NCBI GenBank assembly: GCA_965644295.1
Contig: CBFFRP010000188.1
Span: 11,658-75,657, forward strand
DNA length: 64,000 bases
Origin: Paraphysomonas bandaiensis
Lineage: Eukaryota > Protista > Chrysophyceae
Direction of reading: 5' to 3'
Shown: piece by piece, positions 1 to 12,949 of the stretch
Layout: every line of letters starts with the position of its first letter
Numbering within the stretch: position 1 is the first letter of the stretch
The notes under the pieces: generated by a model
Told to the model about the DNA's origin: nothing
The model's database searches: none
The model's input: only the letters and a program-made list of their open reading frames with translations
Made by a program: the position numbers and the translations under genes

Positions 1-14
1 ACACCCAAGAGGAA

Positions 15-3000
15 GTGATTAAAGTTCTTATTAGTATTCTTCATTTAGGCAACTTATCTTTCGAAGATAACGAGACGACAGATGGTTCAGTTTCCTGTCA
101 TATCGCATCTGATGCGGAAGGTCACGCTGAGCTTGCTTGTCGTATGCTTGGGTTTACAGAAGATTCTCTCAAAGATGCTATATTACGCACAGAACTTACT
201 GTCCGTGGAACAACGATAATCAAGCAATACGACAGCAAGAATGCGGTATGTATGCGAGACCGATTAGCACGCACGCTCTATGTTTCACTCTTCAAGTGGA
301 TGATGGTCGAGATCAATGCTGCTCTGTCGCAACAGACGTCAGGATATGTTGCTTCCAAAATAGGTGTTCTAGACATATTTGGATTTGAGAGCTATCAGAA
401 GAATTCCTTTGAACAGCTCTGTATTAACTATGCTAATGAAAAACTACAGGAACTATTCAACTACACTGTATTTGATAGAGAAAGAGAGGTGTACGAGGCA
501 GAAGGTCTCATGTGGCAATCTGTATCCTATCCGGATAATAGAGAGCGCATTGATCTATTTGAAAATAAGTCTGTAGGCTTATTTACGATTCTTAATGATG
601 CAATGAAGATCCCAGACTCCAACGATGTAAAATTTGCACATGCAATTTATGCGAGGAGTGCAGGCCATCCACATTGCTATGCTACGAACGCGATGAAAGC
701 CCGTAACGAGTTTACTGTGCGACACTTTGCCTTCGACGTGACGTATACCGTTGAAAACATTTTAGAGAAGAATAGGGGCATGAGAGAAATCAATTTTTCT
801 GCAATGTTTGGCACAATGTCTGGTGCGAGCCGAAAATTCAGCACGGACAACTTGTCTATTTCCCGACAGCTGTCAGGAGAACTAGATTCGCCGAGTAAAG
901 AAAACGAATCTATAGTCAAAAGAGGTAAATCTACGGCTGGCATTCAAATAAAGAAGGACATGTCTATCGAATTACGACGGGCCGCTTCATCTGTTTCGGG
1001 GCGGAGGAGCGTAAAAACGTCAGTTGGGAAAAAATCGAAAACCATATGCTCAGCTTATGTTGCAGAGATCACGTGCTTAATTAGTAGCATCAACTCCACA
1101 CGATGCCATTTCATTCGATGCATAAAACCGAATAACGAGGGAATTCCTGGGACTTTTGATGCGAAATCTGTTATTCGGCAAGTGCGTACTGGGGGAGTGA
1201 TTAGTGCAGTGGAAGCGGTTAGATTAGGTATGCCTAACCGCCTACCGTACGCCGCCTTCGTGAGCAAGTACCGATCCATTTCTCACACTGTAGGGAAATG
1301 TCCCTTGACGAGAAATTTGTTTATCTTATTGGGTCTTCTTCACGAAAACTCGGACTTAGGTGTTCTGAAGCGTACAGCGACGGCTCTAGTGGAGGCTGTC
1401 CCTATGGCGGGGATGATTCTGAGTTCATTATTTCATGACAACTCGCTTCTGTGTCCTGCTAACCCGTTCGCACAAATTCAAATAGGTAATTCTGTTGTTC
1501 TGATTTCATCTGAGTTTTTTGAGTATATGGAGAGAATTCGCCGTGCCGGCATTACTCTGATTGCTATTCGACTACAACGTGTATGGAAAGCAAATCGGGC
1601 CGTAGACACTGGGAGTTATGTTAACACTGCGGCTCTCACGTCCCTGTTGTACTTTAGTCACAGTGTGAATCTAAAAGTGAGACGTAATACGTTGGCTGCA
1701 ATTATGATACAGAGACGTGTACGGACATATCTTGCCCGTATGAGGTGGATGTTGATGCTAATTCGGTTACGGGCCTTGCAAGCTCATATTCGTGGTTATA
1801 TAGCGCGATCAGTCTACCAAAAGAAAAAACGCTACAATGCTGCGGTGAAACTTCAGAGCGCCTATCGTATGTACAGAGATAAGCGAACATTTAAACGTTA
1901 TGTTTTGTTGGCAATCATTTGTCAGCGTATTGTACGTGGTTGGATTGCCCGGAATGCTGAATACTGGAATGTGAGTGTATTTATCGTATTTTTTTGTCGA
2001 AGTTGATTGTGAATGTGCAGCGACGAATGACGATGAGACGCTCCCCACAGATCGCACTTCAAGAAAAGGTTATAGCTTTGGAAAAAGAAGTTGATTCAAT
2101 TAAGAGTCACACCAGCGTAAAGCCAAGAAGGGCAAGGTGTAAATATGTTATTACAGCAGCCGATTTTGTACCCCTTGTAGAAGGTAGTGGCATCATATTC
2201 CCACTCTTATGCAATGTGATACATTTTTTCAGGGGAAGAGTTCATCAAGATCTGCAGCAACGGAAAGAGTCGTATGACTCGCGTGTGGTTGAGTGCAGAT
2301 CGGCGGTATCTTCACTGGGAGCGGAAAACTTTTTCCATGAAGAAGGCAGAGAAACGCATACGTATGTAATTTACATTACTGCGAACTGTTTAAAGATATA
2401 TGTTTCAGTTGACCTAGCCACTGTAACACATGTCCAACGAGGCCAAGGAAGCACTCTGTTCAGGAAATGCGAGTTTATTCAAAACATTGAAGATGTTGTT
2501 CCTCGATCGTTCTCGCTCCATTGTCGGGATGGTAGGACTCTCGATCTTGTGGCCCCGACAGTGGAGCTATTAGAGAGTTGGGTCACAGCACTACAGTTTC
2601 TCGTGGTGGATATATATATTATAAGGTACGTGTTAGTGTTTACTACTACATGCCTAAAATGGTTTACTAGGCGAGACTTGTACAATATCTGGGCTCTACT
2701 GGTCACAGGTGAAGGAGTTGATGAAGTAATTTGCTGTCTGGACGTCCTGCAGCGAACCGTTGATACTACTGTGAAGACCGCACTCGTTCCATTTCATGCT
2801 TTTGTGACTTTCTGGTGATAGTTTATTGCGATGTACTGCTCAGTTTCTTACCTGTTCACAGGATATCTCTCCAATGTAATCGAGTACACGCTGAAGAAGT
2901 TGTAGAACATATTATTGCTTGCTTACCTGGTATTGAGAATGCCAAGTACATGACGTTTCAAGCATTTTTTTGTCTGGTAACTTCCGAAAGAAACGATGGG

Positions 3001-5033
3001 TACGACCTTCACCGTCAGAATACTGTCTACCAAGACATGACGTTACCATTATCACTGTATTTTATATCGTGTTCCGACGGCAGTACCATGGGCGCCACAT
3101 CACTGAAGCAAGTGGACCCCCTTGATCGCTATGTCCGTGACCTTCGAAATGGAGTCCGTGGGTTGGAGGTCCATTGCTGGGATGGGACTGGAGAGAACAA
3201 AGGAATTCCTGTTGTAGCTAATCCGAGTGCCGACCCGCAATGTTCTATTAGCAGTGAGGCGTTTCCCGAAGTATCGTTTTATGATTTTGTTGCTGCTGTA
3301 AAGACGCATGCATTTGTATCGAATCCCTATCCTCTATTCTTGATTATTGAGATACACTGTAGTAAAGATATACAATGGAGAATGGCATCGATATTGCGAG
3401 ATCTCATGACACCTGTTTTACTACATTCGTCTGATTTAATAATAGAGAGCCAAGGGTCGGAGCCACGATTACGTTCACCTTCAGAGCTAAAGGGCAAAGT
3501 GATATTAGTATTGAGTAATCACAAGAAAAAGTTTTCTGTGGAAATACCAGATAAGTCCGCACAGTGTCAAAAACAGGATGTTGGGGTATCAGAGGAAAAG
3601 TCTGGGTACGACGATCCGGCATCAAATGAGGATACTACAAGCACAACAGGAGTCGATGATGTTGACCTTTTGCTTACTGGTGCTAAGAAAAGTAAATCTG
3701 ACTCGAAGGTAATTATCGATGAGTGCTTTTATGCCACGTGTGAATATTTAATTGGATATGCTCTGTGACAGACGGATCGTAAAGTCGAGGCCTTTTGGAA
3801 TATGGATGCGAAGTCAAAGTCGACAGGCTCTGTAGATCAGGACACACCGAAAAGTGCTTTCTCCGACCAAGGGGAAAATGATGAAGAAATGGCTGCTCTG
3901 GCATGCTTCATTCCTTCACCTGATATATTCCATGATCTTCTTTCTTTGGCTACATTATTGTCAAGAGGTGTCAATGACTTGGATGCCATGGTGAATTTAC
4001 CATCAGGAAGGGTGAAAAACAACACTCTTGCGAGTTGCGGTGAGGTGGACATGCTCTTTCATCTCTCGAGGAATAAGGCGATTCCTTGGATATATCACAA
4101 TTCAGTGTGCTTAAGGTACGGTAACTTCGTAAATTTATGATTTGCTGACATTTATATACTTTCAGTCGAGTATACCCCGATGAGCGACTTGAGGAAGCAA
4201 CTATGTTGGATCCGGCCCGTGCATGGGCTAGTGGTCAGCAATTAGTGTCCGTGGACATGCACAGCTGCTCCAACGAGGAGGCCATTCATACGGCACATGT
4301 TGTGCGTGGAAAGTTCATGGACAACGGAGGGTGTGGATATGTCTTGAAGCCACGTTACATGCATAGTCGGGGGCTAAAGCCTTTTCCCAAAGCACATTTA
4401 TCTGTGCATGTGTTAAGTGCACAAAACCTCCCACCTTATCGCAAAAGTACAGTTGGAGTGATACAATCTCAAGATTCAAATGTACGTATTATATTTATAT
4501 TGGTTTTCATCATCGCTTACAATATCCGTATTTGGATTTTAGGAATTAATGGAAAAGTTCCTAGATCCTTACGTCGTGATGGAGATATGGGGACTTGCAC
4601 AAGACAAGTACACGTATAGCACAATAACCAGTGGAGGTAGTGGTCGCACAGATAACCCTATTTGGGATGAGGTGTGTTGCTTCAATCATTATTTGTTTGA
4701 TGTCCGTAACAAATTGGTACTGTATAGGTGTTTGGACATAATTTGGATTGCCCAGATTTAGCTCATCTAACCTTTCGCGTCTTTGTTGGTGACTGTGTGC
4801 TTGGTATTGCATCTGTTCCCCTTACTTGTCTTAAACAAGGGCTGCATTGCCTGAATCTGTTTGATGAAAACGGGTATCGAATCCCTCACTCTACTCTGAC
4901 AATTCGAAGCATGTTGTGCGAGCTAGACAATGCTTACAAATCACTTTATTTTCCTTCACCTGATTCATCGGTGCTATCAGAGGAAGATTGTATTGACGAC
5001 CTGGAACTTGAGCAAAAGCTTAGATCTAAATGA
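15..5033 (+). CDS. Myosin (motor 5'-truncated by window) + IQ motifs + short coiled coil + PH + EF-like region + PI-PLC X/Y (degenerate) + C2; multi-exon
   Basis: Motor motifs VLDIFGFE, SFEQLCINYANEKLQ and HFIRCIKPN. IQ motifs IQRRVRTY, LQAHIRGYIAR, LQSAYRMY and CQRIVRGWIAR. Phase-compatible introns (1971-2020, 2184-2232, 2361-2408, ~2626-2670, ~2815-2861, ~3709-3771, ~4117-4165, ~4482-4542, ~4672-4727) join these to a PLC-type PH domain (GEEFIK..GK..VWLSAD..LHW; RTLDLVA..WVTAL), X box (QDMTLPLSLYFI, CWDG, SPSELKGK), Y box (SRVYP, GKFMDNGGCGYVLKP) and C2 (VHVLSAQNLP, DPYV, NPIWDE). Confidence 0.85.
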
Positions 5034-5956
5034 ATACTCTCGTATAAAACTCCGAAGACAGTATTCGCTGCTCTCGGAATTGGACGTTCTACTCGGAAAT
5101 AGATATCGGGTAAATATGAAGAAGTATTTCTAAGCGACGATGGGATGGTTGTTTACTAAAGGATCACATTACAGTAATAAATAAATTTGATGGGCTAATA
5201 GCAGAGGTATAATGGATCTGGAATATAGTTAGTCACTAGGGTTAGATAAATATTGACTGAAAGTTGTAATTTTTCTTAGGACAGAGCCAATGAAAGAATA
5301 GCAGTTTACGTCTATGAATTCGATGACTTAGAACACAGTGACTTGATGTACGCCATCAAACGACGCCATTTATTAGTACAGTATACTATCCTTCAGGCTA
5401 TCTATCTCAAAAGGAGCGGAATCATTATTTTTATCTAAATTATATGTGTGCTTGTCACATAATACAACCAGCCAACTCCTACGTGCGTACTTGAATCTTG
5501 TTCAAGCCTATCGCTAGTAGCTATCCTGTGTTCTATGTAGCGATGAAATACAGAATATACATGACTACAATATAAAAGTAGCTGTAAAAAGTATACAAAG
5601 AAACTGAAAATATAGTAGCTATTATTAAAGATACGATTTGTACAACAGAATGTTCGTGTTGGTGATTGATGTGTTTCCTCAATCATAGTGCTACAACATC
5701 ATAATTTCACTTTATCTCTCTTAACGTAGTTCAGTCGGTTCTGTGCTACTACAAGTATTATTTAATAGTTTGTTGAGTTTTGTTTATAAAAAGCTGCAGT
5801 TAATTAAAGGTTGCGGATAATAGCAGTTAATTGAAGAATATGGTATTTAGAGACAGTATTATATGAACTCAGAACTCAATGATGTGATGAGCTAAACTGG
5901 AATATATGACTATATAAGACTGCTTCTAACTAAGACTGTTGACTTTTGATTATGTG

Positions 5957-7190
5957 CAAGCAATTGAAAGCTGTATTCTAAGACTTATAAAATTTTAGCC
6001 GATAATAAAATGATACAATACTGGTGGAAACAGTACCATATGAAATTCATCCCCATTTTTTTGACCTGAATTGCGTTCAACACAACGCTCATATATATGA
6101 ACACCAAAAAATATTGACATTCAACTTCAGTATTCGGTTTTGAAAATAAATTACCTTTTATTGCTTATGGTATTGTTGACAGTAATGTATACTGACTTTA
6201 TCGTTATGCTACACTGTTGACCGCGATAACGTCGATTCAAGTGATCTCATTTCTAATCCAGGAATTCGCAACAACAATATGTCCAGCATTTTACTGGAGA
6301 GTTCAAATTCCAAAGCCGATGCTGAATGTGCTTAGAAGCAGTGATACTCCTTCCTTTCAGGGTTTGGGTCATGTCGTGTTTCTCAGGATTGCATCGACAA
6401 GTTCATTTTTTTGATGTGCCTCATATAAGATTCCCTAAATACCCTTCTGCGAAATAGGGATACAATTTTTGTAGCTATTGTTTTGATATAGTTTAACACA
6501 TTTGCCACTCACTATTATGCAGATACAATTGATTTGAAACAATAATTGCTTTTTTTATTTGTATACTTAATATTAATCAGAGAATAGCTATTTCCTTCAA
6601 GGAAATTATCAGCAAGCTACAGACATATTATACGCATTAAATAGTAGGTATTCAACATCATGAGGATGACCCATAATTTAACCTGGAGAAGGAGTATTTT
6701 CAGCGGAATGATAAGATTCCTTATTACACATGGTGAATATAGCTACAATAATATGCTATGAGATAGACAAACTGTATCAACTTTTGACATATTTGGATGA
6801 ATTCACCTAAATAACTGAATGTTGAAATCACTTAATAATCTCATAGTTACTCTCAACATCTCCTATTATTTGATAGATATTCGCTACATTTATATTCTCA
6901 TTCGCTGTGCTACCAATCAATATTTAAGATATTTAAGTTTTTCTGACATAATTCATATTATATCATTGTTTCATGTTTTACAGTAGTCAACTACTGTATT
7001 CTTAAACTAACTGTCATAACTCGAATACCCTAAAATACAGCTTTGGTAATTGCTTACACTTAAAATCAGAACTCAATACCTGATATGTTATATTGACTGA
7101 AAAAGCTCGTGCCTATATATTATCTAAGATCTGATAATATTGATTGGTAGTAGAAAAAATATAAAAGTAGCGAATGACAATAAATGAGAT
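5957..7190. repeat. Cluster of degenerate copies of AT-rich dispersed repeat family B (~5957-6050 +, ~6880-7056 -, ~7115-7190 +)
   Basis: Shared start AGCAATT(A/G)AAAGCTGTA and block ATATTGATTGGTAGTAG...GCGAATGAC; also seen at ~11008-11230 and 58306-58920. Confidence 0.55.
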
Positions 7191-7684
7191 ATTGATCACA
7201 ATTTTTAATTATTATGATTATTGAGTGAGTTTTCTGTTCAGTTAAGTATCTTTCTGTTACATTAACAAATTATAGGTGTCATTCATCTCTTGAAACTTAA
7301 GTGCAAAGAATATATTCAGAAAACGGGACAACATGTAGAGCCACAGGAGCTTCAAATGTAGCTTTCCAGCTGGATAGACGACAGACTATATATCGCACAT
7401 TACACTATAGCTGTACAACAACCTACCCTGTTGAGAGGAATACATGAACATGAATAATCCACTACAAGGCCATAACAGTCACACAGACCACTCTAGCTGT
7501 ACTGGCAGTTCAAAAGTAGAGCAAAATAAAATGAGTATAATATTACAGATATATCTTATTATGCAGACTCGTATAATACATATCTCTACCAATAACAGTG
7601 CAACATACATATACATAATACAGACACCGAACTCATGCTGTTCGACCTCTTGACGCAACATTTTACACAACACACCGAGAAAAA

Positions 7685-8470
7685 TTATCTTGAAAGCATA
7701 GTTCCTCGGTTTTTCACAAGATATCCATTGTAATTAGAAAAGTTTCCGTAATCAGGGACGTGCATATAGCCCCTACTATGCCTCTTGTCGGTAGCATGCA
7801 GTTTCGTTTCAGCAGCAAATAGTCTGCGCATTTTTTCGTCACGGTCATTTCTTGAGGTGTTCAGTGAATTAATGTGAGGGTCGAACTGGAGTTCTCGTAC
7901 AGACTTCTGACGATCGTTGGACAAGCATTGACGCATATTATACGATGATGTCCCCTTCGTGAGCACCCTCTCCTTGTGCTGTAATTCATCCATAAGCTTG
8001 TTATAATGAGGAGACTTCACTATACTATCCCGAATTGTACGAGGCGATTTGTTTGTATATTCGTAGCGAAACTCGTGCATTCTACCAGCATGTTTTTCAA
8101 TGAATTTTTGTGTCATGTTAACTTTCTCTTCTATAGATGGCTTCCGATTATTCGAACTGCGCATGTTGCTATCAATCCATGCTTGTGGACAACTAGGAAC
8201 CCTCTTTCGTGGCGTTGGGTTGTCTGGTGGCAGTGTCGGATATCGTGAGGGAGGAAGAATGGGAGTAACTTTACGAGGAGTTAGTGGCTCTTGATTAGTA
8301 CAGTATAATCTATTAACAACAAGCGGTTCATTGAGATCTCTTATAGTCTGTTGTGTACGTGGCGATGGACGAATCACACCTGCTGATGAAACTCTCGCGA
8401 TATTACTTCTTCCAGTAGAGGAACCAGGCCTCCTTTCACGAGATGACCAGGGCCTCTCTCTGTATGACAT
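7685..8470 (-). CDS. Hypothetical protein, 261 aa, basic/Pro-rich, intronless
   Basis: Uninterrupted ATG-initiated ORF with coding-like composition; no recognisable domain. Confidence 0.65.
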   Translation of the reverse strand: MSYRERPWSSRERRPGSSTGRSNIARVSSAGVIRPSPRTQQTIRDLNEPLVVNRLYCTNQEPLTPRKVTPILPPSRYPTLPPDNPTPRKRVPSCPQAWIDSNMRSSNNRKPSIEEKVNMTQKFIEKHAGRMHEFRYEYTNKSPRTIRDSIVKSPHYNKLMDELQHKERVLTKGTSSYNMRQCLSNDRQKSVRELQFDPHINSLNTSRNDRDEKMRRLFAAETKLHATDKRHSRGYMHVPDYGNFSNYNGYLVKNRGTMLSR

Positions 8471-9194
8471 TTCTCTATATATCTACAAACTTGTTGAATA
8501 TGTACAGACAAATGTCATGTATCTCTTCAGTAAGGTTATGATAAGGGATTGATATATGGAGGTTGTGGATTTATGATGGTGTTATATGCGTGGATCTATA
8601 TATATATATGTACAATGCATATATACATACATACATATACCATATATATACCATATATATGCATGCATACATATATACATACTGCTAATACTGCTGCTAT
8701 ACAGAGATTTTATATATCCAAATATACAGTACAGTCAAATGGATGTAAAATACTGAGATTTTTAGCAGTTTCAACTTTGAAACACTATAAAATCCTGATT
8801 TATTAGGTGTTTTTGTAATTTGGTAGGAAAACAGGTATTTTAATACTAGCGAATCAATGAACAGTAATTAATATTGAAGCATTATAATTGGCTACTGCTA
8901 CTTCTATTGCTGTAAACCGTTATTCGAAATGATAAACATAAACAATACAGCCGTATTGTCACTGTATTTCTGTATACCATATATAGTATACTGCTGTGTG
9001 AAGGAGGTGTCTCTCTCTATGTAAATACATATACACATATACACGTACACTCTGGGTATGTATATAGACACACACACACACTCTCTCTGTATATATATGT
9101 GTATGATCAATCTATATGCCTCATGTAAGAGAGAACCACCACCACAACAACAAACCTAGTTATGACTATCATTAAAACTCATTAAATAACAAGC

Positions 9195-10326
9195 ATGAAA
9201 TCCACAGATATGACAGAGGAGGTAGTGAAGCTTCCTCTGAGTGACCCCAATCAAAAGAGTCCTCCAAAATCATTATTCGGACCTGGATTTAGAAAATGGC
9301 TTCATATGAAAAGGGCTCTTCGTTTGGTGCAGGAGGAGGTGCATACGGAGAAGATGTATGTACCAAAAATACGCTATAAGGTGAGGTCATACACCATTTG
9401 AAGCCTCCTTATAAAATTGTTCCGTAGCAACGACAGTATTGGCTGGATACTATCTATCCTGAGAGTACGAGTTGTGATAAATCAGATGACAATGATGAGA
9501 ATGACTTAAATGCAGTGCTACTGCACCGGGATCATCATCCTTTACTGGAGCGGCTACAAAATGGTCTCGATCCGAACACTCGTATGGGTCGTAATGAGCG
9601 GTCGTTATTGCAAATTGCAAGCAACAAGGGCGACCCTGAGAAAGTGGATATACTTCTCGAGTATGGTGCTAGTGTTAACGATACTGATCGTAACGGCGAT
9701 AGCGCTATGTACCTAGCTGTTAACAAACCTCTGTTTTTTCACAAGATTAAAATTCTTTGGAGCCTGCACAAGGGCGGTGCTGACGTCAATCATCCTAACC
9801 ACCAAGGATGGACAGCTCTTCACCGAGCATGTTTGCTTGGAGAGCCAGCTATTATTAGGGCTCTCTTAGAAATGGGTGCTGACCCGTACGTACTCAACAC
9901 GAAGAACATGATTCCTATTCAATACTGCAAGGTATGGGCGATGATGATGTTGGAATTCACGCTTACTAGCCGCAGGTGAATGCGGAAGAAATAGTCAACC
10001 ATTTCAAGCAATCTGTGACTAAACAGAATCGACATAGACACCACCTTATGTGGGCCCACCTGATGAGTAGAGACTTCGTATCAGCGTTGTTTATGTAAGT
10101 ATTTTCCATAATTAGGGTAGTTGATAATGATTGTATATGTGGCTTCTCTTAACAGGGCTGTAGAACCTGCGTGTGTTATTTGCAAGAGAAAAGTGAGAAA
10201 GTGTGGAAGCCTTAAAAAGGAGAATTACAGGTTGCATATTATTAAGACTACATGTACTTCGTATTCTAATACCATGTACGTACTTTCAGGTATTGGCTAT
10301 TTGTCCACAATAAAAAGCCACGATGA
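9195..10326 (+). CDS. Ankyrin-repeat protein (multi-exon)
   Basis: ANK motifs LLEYGASVNDTDRNGDSAMYLA, GADVNHPNHQGWTALHRAC and LLEMGADP; GT-AG introns near 9381-9427, 9932-9976, 10095-10154 and 10230-10289. Confidence 0.8.
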
Positions 10327-11007
10327 TGATCATCGTTGTCAACATTGTATTGCATTTTTGTATATGTAAATCATATATTTTAAGCTGTAGTATACATGAT
10401 AGACTGTATTTGTGTTGTTAATTTAGTTGCATTCACAGCCTTGCCAATATTGTGCATATTCCTTAAAGAGTAATCAACACTCCCTCATCTTATTTCCACG
10501 TGCTGACTGTGCCAGGGATAATATGCAGTGCACTTTTTGTGATAAGTGTTTATTTGTAAGTGTACTTCAATGTTATATTTTGCCTACATGGATACACTCG
10601 TAGTTCGAACACGACTTCCAAATTTTCGGAAGAGTAATTCCGTTGAATATGCTGGAGAAGTGAATTGCTCCATACTCCACAACAAAGTTGTGACAATAAG
10701 TTAGATATATTTTGGAAGTAGAAGTGTAGTTTTCGACATTTTGGAAATATCCTTTACCTGAAAAGTTTTTTATAGTGCATTTTAATACAATAAGTTGCGT
10801 ACTCCAACGATATGTTACGTATGCAGTATATTTCTCACTCTTTGAAACATGACAATTTCCTTCTCCTTCTTGTCAATGTCAAAGAATGGATTTTCATATA
10901 CAGTATGCAATATATATATATTCATTAATATCTTAAAGTATCTTCCAAAGCACATTTCTAACGTGGTGCTAAATCCTGCAGATGTTTGTTGAGTTTTGCT
11001 GTTTGTG

Positions 11008-11230
11008 AGCAATTAAAAGCTGTAGCTTTCAAGATATTTGAATTATATCCGTTACTCAAAGAATACAGTAGTAGCAAACTGTATTATGAGAACCAATAAT
11101 ATGATAGCCATTGTAGTGATGAAACTGAAATATACTGACTGTACAAGATAGTGACGATGTAAGATCGTACTAGAAATGGTTGGTGTAGTAGAGATAAAAA
11201 GAGTTGGTGAACGTCAATGAATGAAGTTTG
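11008..11230 (+). repeat. Dispersed repeat family B copy
   Basis: Starts AGCAATTAAAAGCTGTAG, as at 58794; downstream blocks align with the 58306-58539 copy in reverse. Confidence 0.55.
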
Positions 11231-11372
11231 GTATCTCTTATAATTATATAATATTCTATATAAGTGTTTATCACGGTCTTATTACTAAGAGAATGTCAAT
11301 TTCTAACAATGTTGCTTTGCCATTTCAATACAATAGAGACAGAGACTACAGTAGTCACTGTTTCGACCGAGA

Positions 11373-11634
11373 TAAATAAATGTTCAATTGTCCATTACAT
11401 AGAATCCGAGCACTTGAAACAAAGTGTCAAGCACAGAGAGTTTCCCTCACTGAGTTGAAAGCGATTTCAGAAGTGGAGGTCGAAAGTACGTGCCGAGCAC
11501 CCTTAAATAAATGTTCAATTGTCCATTACATAGAATCCGAGCACTTGGAACAAAGTGTCAAGCACAGAGAGTTTCCCTCACTGAGTTGAAAGCGATTTCA
11601 GAAGTGGAGGTCGAAAGTACGTGCTGAGCACCCT
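11373..11634 (+). repeat. Near-perfect 131-bp tandem duplication (2 units)
   Basis: TAAATAAATGTTCAATTGTCC...GAGCACCCT at 11373 and 11504, with about 2 mismatches. Confidence 0.95.
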
Positions 11635-11749
11635 ATGTTCAGTAGCTCGTCCACGAGACCCTCTTGCTTGTGGACGACATGTCGAAAGTACAGTTTCGTG
11701 CTTGTGTTAATGATGGAAATCATAACGTACCAGACAATTTTTAAAAGTG

Positions 11750-12730
11750 AAGCAACTGCTACAGCTGTTAGGCGTGATTATTCCTGAGGGGGAGGACACG
11801 GAAGTAAGTGAATCATCTTTCTTCAAGTATAAAATGGAAGCGAGCCATAAACAGAGAGTCTCCCAGATCACCACTGTTGCCAGAAACCGAGAAGAAAAAG
11901 ACATTCGATTTTTTTCACTTGGGCTGTATTGCTCTTTACACATTGCTCTGATATTGTGGCCGAACTTGTTCTCAATTGGGATTCAACTACGTTTTCTTGT
12001 GGCAACGATGAACACAACAGATTAAAAGTGCACATTGCTATTGTCCCTAGGGATGACTGGAACAAGGCCTCGCCTGAAAGAGTGGGTTCTCGACAAGGAA
12101 TGTACATCAAAAAATATTTTCTTCATAACTCTGTAGGGGAGGTTGCTCCCCAGTTTATATTATAGAGGATAATACAATGGCTGAGAATGAATGCGATGTG
12201 CATAGAGTGGAAGTTCTTGGAACACAAATTGTGTAGGATCGTATGGGTACATTGCCTTAACACTTACCAGAGCATGCAACGATAATTATTACAGGTGGTA
12301 TATACATGCATGGAGGTAAACGTTTTATAAGATTATGTCTACAGGCTGGATCTCTCCAGTTCAAGACATTAATGAAAAGTGCCGTTGCACGTTTAGTACC
12401 GATCATGTTGGAGCGCCATTAAATCACAGAAGCAGAAATGGATGACGCAGGCATTGTATCCTACAATGTGGAAGGCCAATTGCTGTCTGAAGAGCTTGTT
12501 ATTAATCGCCGAAGAGCATGTGTCTTCTATGGTGACTGCATAATTTCAGACAATACAGCTCACCGGCAGCGAATTCATGATGCTCCAGTCATTGCAACTG
12601 CAAGGCGTGCTGAACTCAGAAGGAAGCTACAGCAAAGCGGCTGCGTGATGCTCAGGCAGCCGTGGAAAGGGGACTTGCTGCACAAGCAAGAGCGGAAGAG
12701 AAGTTGCAGGCTGACCAAAGCAAAATAAGA
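11750..12730 (+). pseudogene. Possible decayed DNA-transposon ORF remnant
   Basis: Frameshifted coding-like fragments (LVLNWDSTTF, EMDDAGIV, NRRRAC) with no intron-consistent model; assignment is tentative. Confidence 0.25.
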
Positions 12731-12936
12731 CCAAGAAAAGATATTGTTACGAGGAATGTTCATCTATGTGACTATATGACGCCGAGAGGCGTCAGTACAG
12801 ACTTGATAAAGCAATCGAAGCACTCAGAACAATTGACGACAATGAGGCAATGGTCAGCCTGCAACTTCTCTTCCGCTCTTGCTTGTGCAGCAAGTTCCCT
12901 TTCCACCTCTGCCTGAGCATCACGCAGCCGCTTTGC
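12632..12936. repeat. 86-bp inverted repeat (12632-12717 / 12851-12936), 133-bp spacer
   Basis: GCAAAGCGGCTGCGTGATGCTCAGGC...GCAGGCTGACCA and its reverse complement, with about 3 mismatches. Confidence 0.95.
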
Positions 12937-12949
12937 GTCAGCCTGATGA

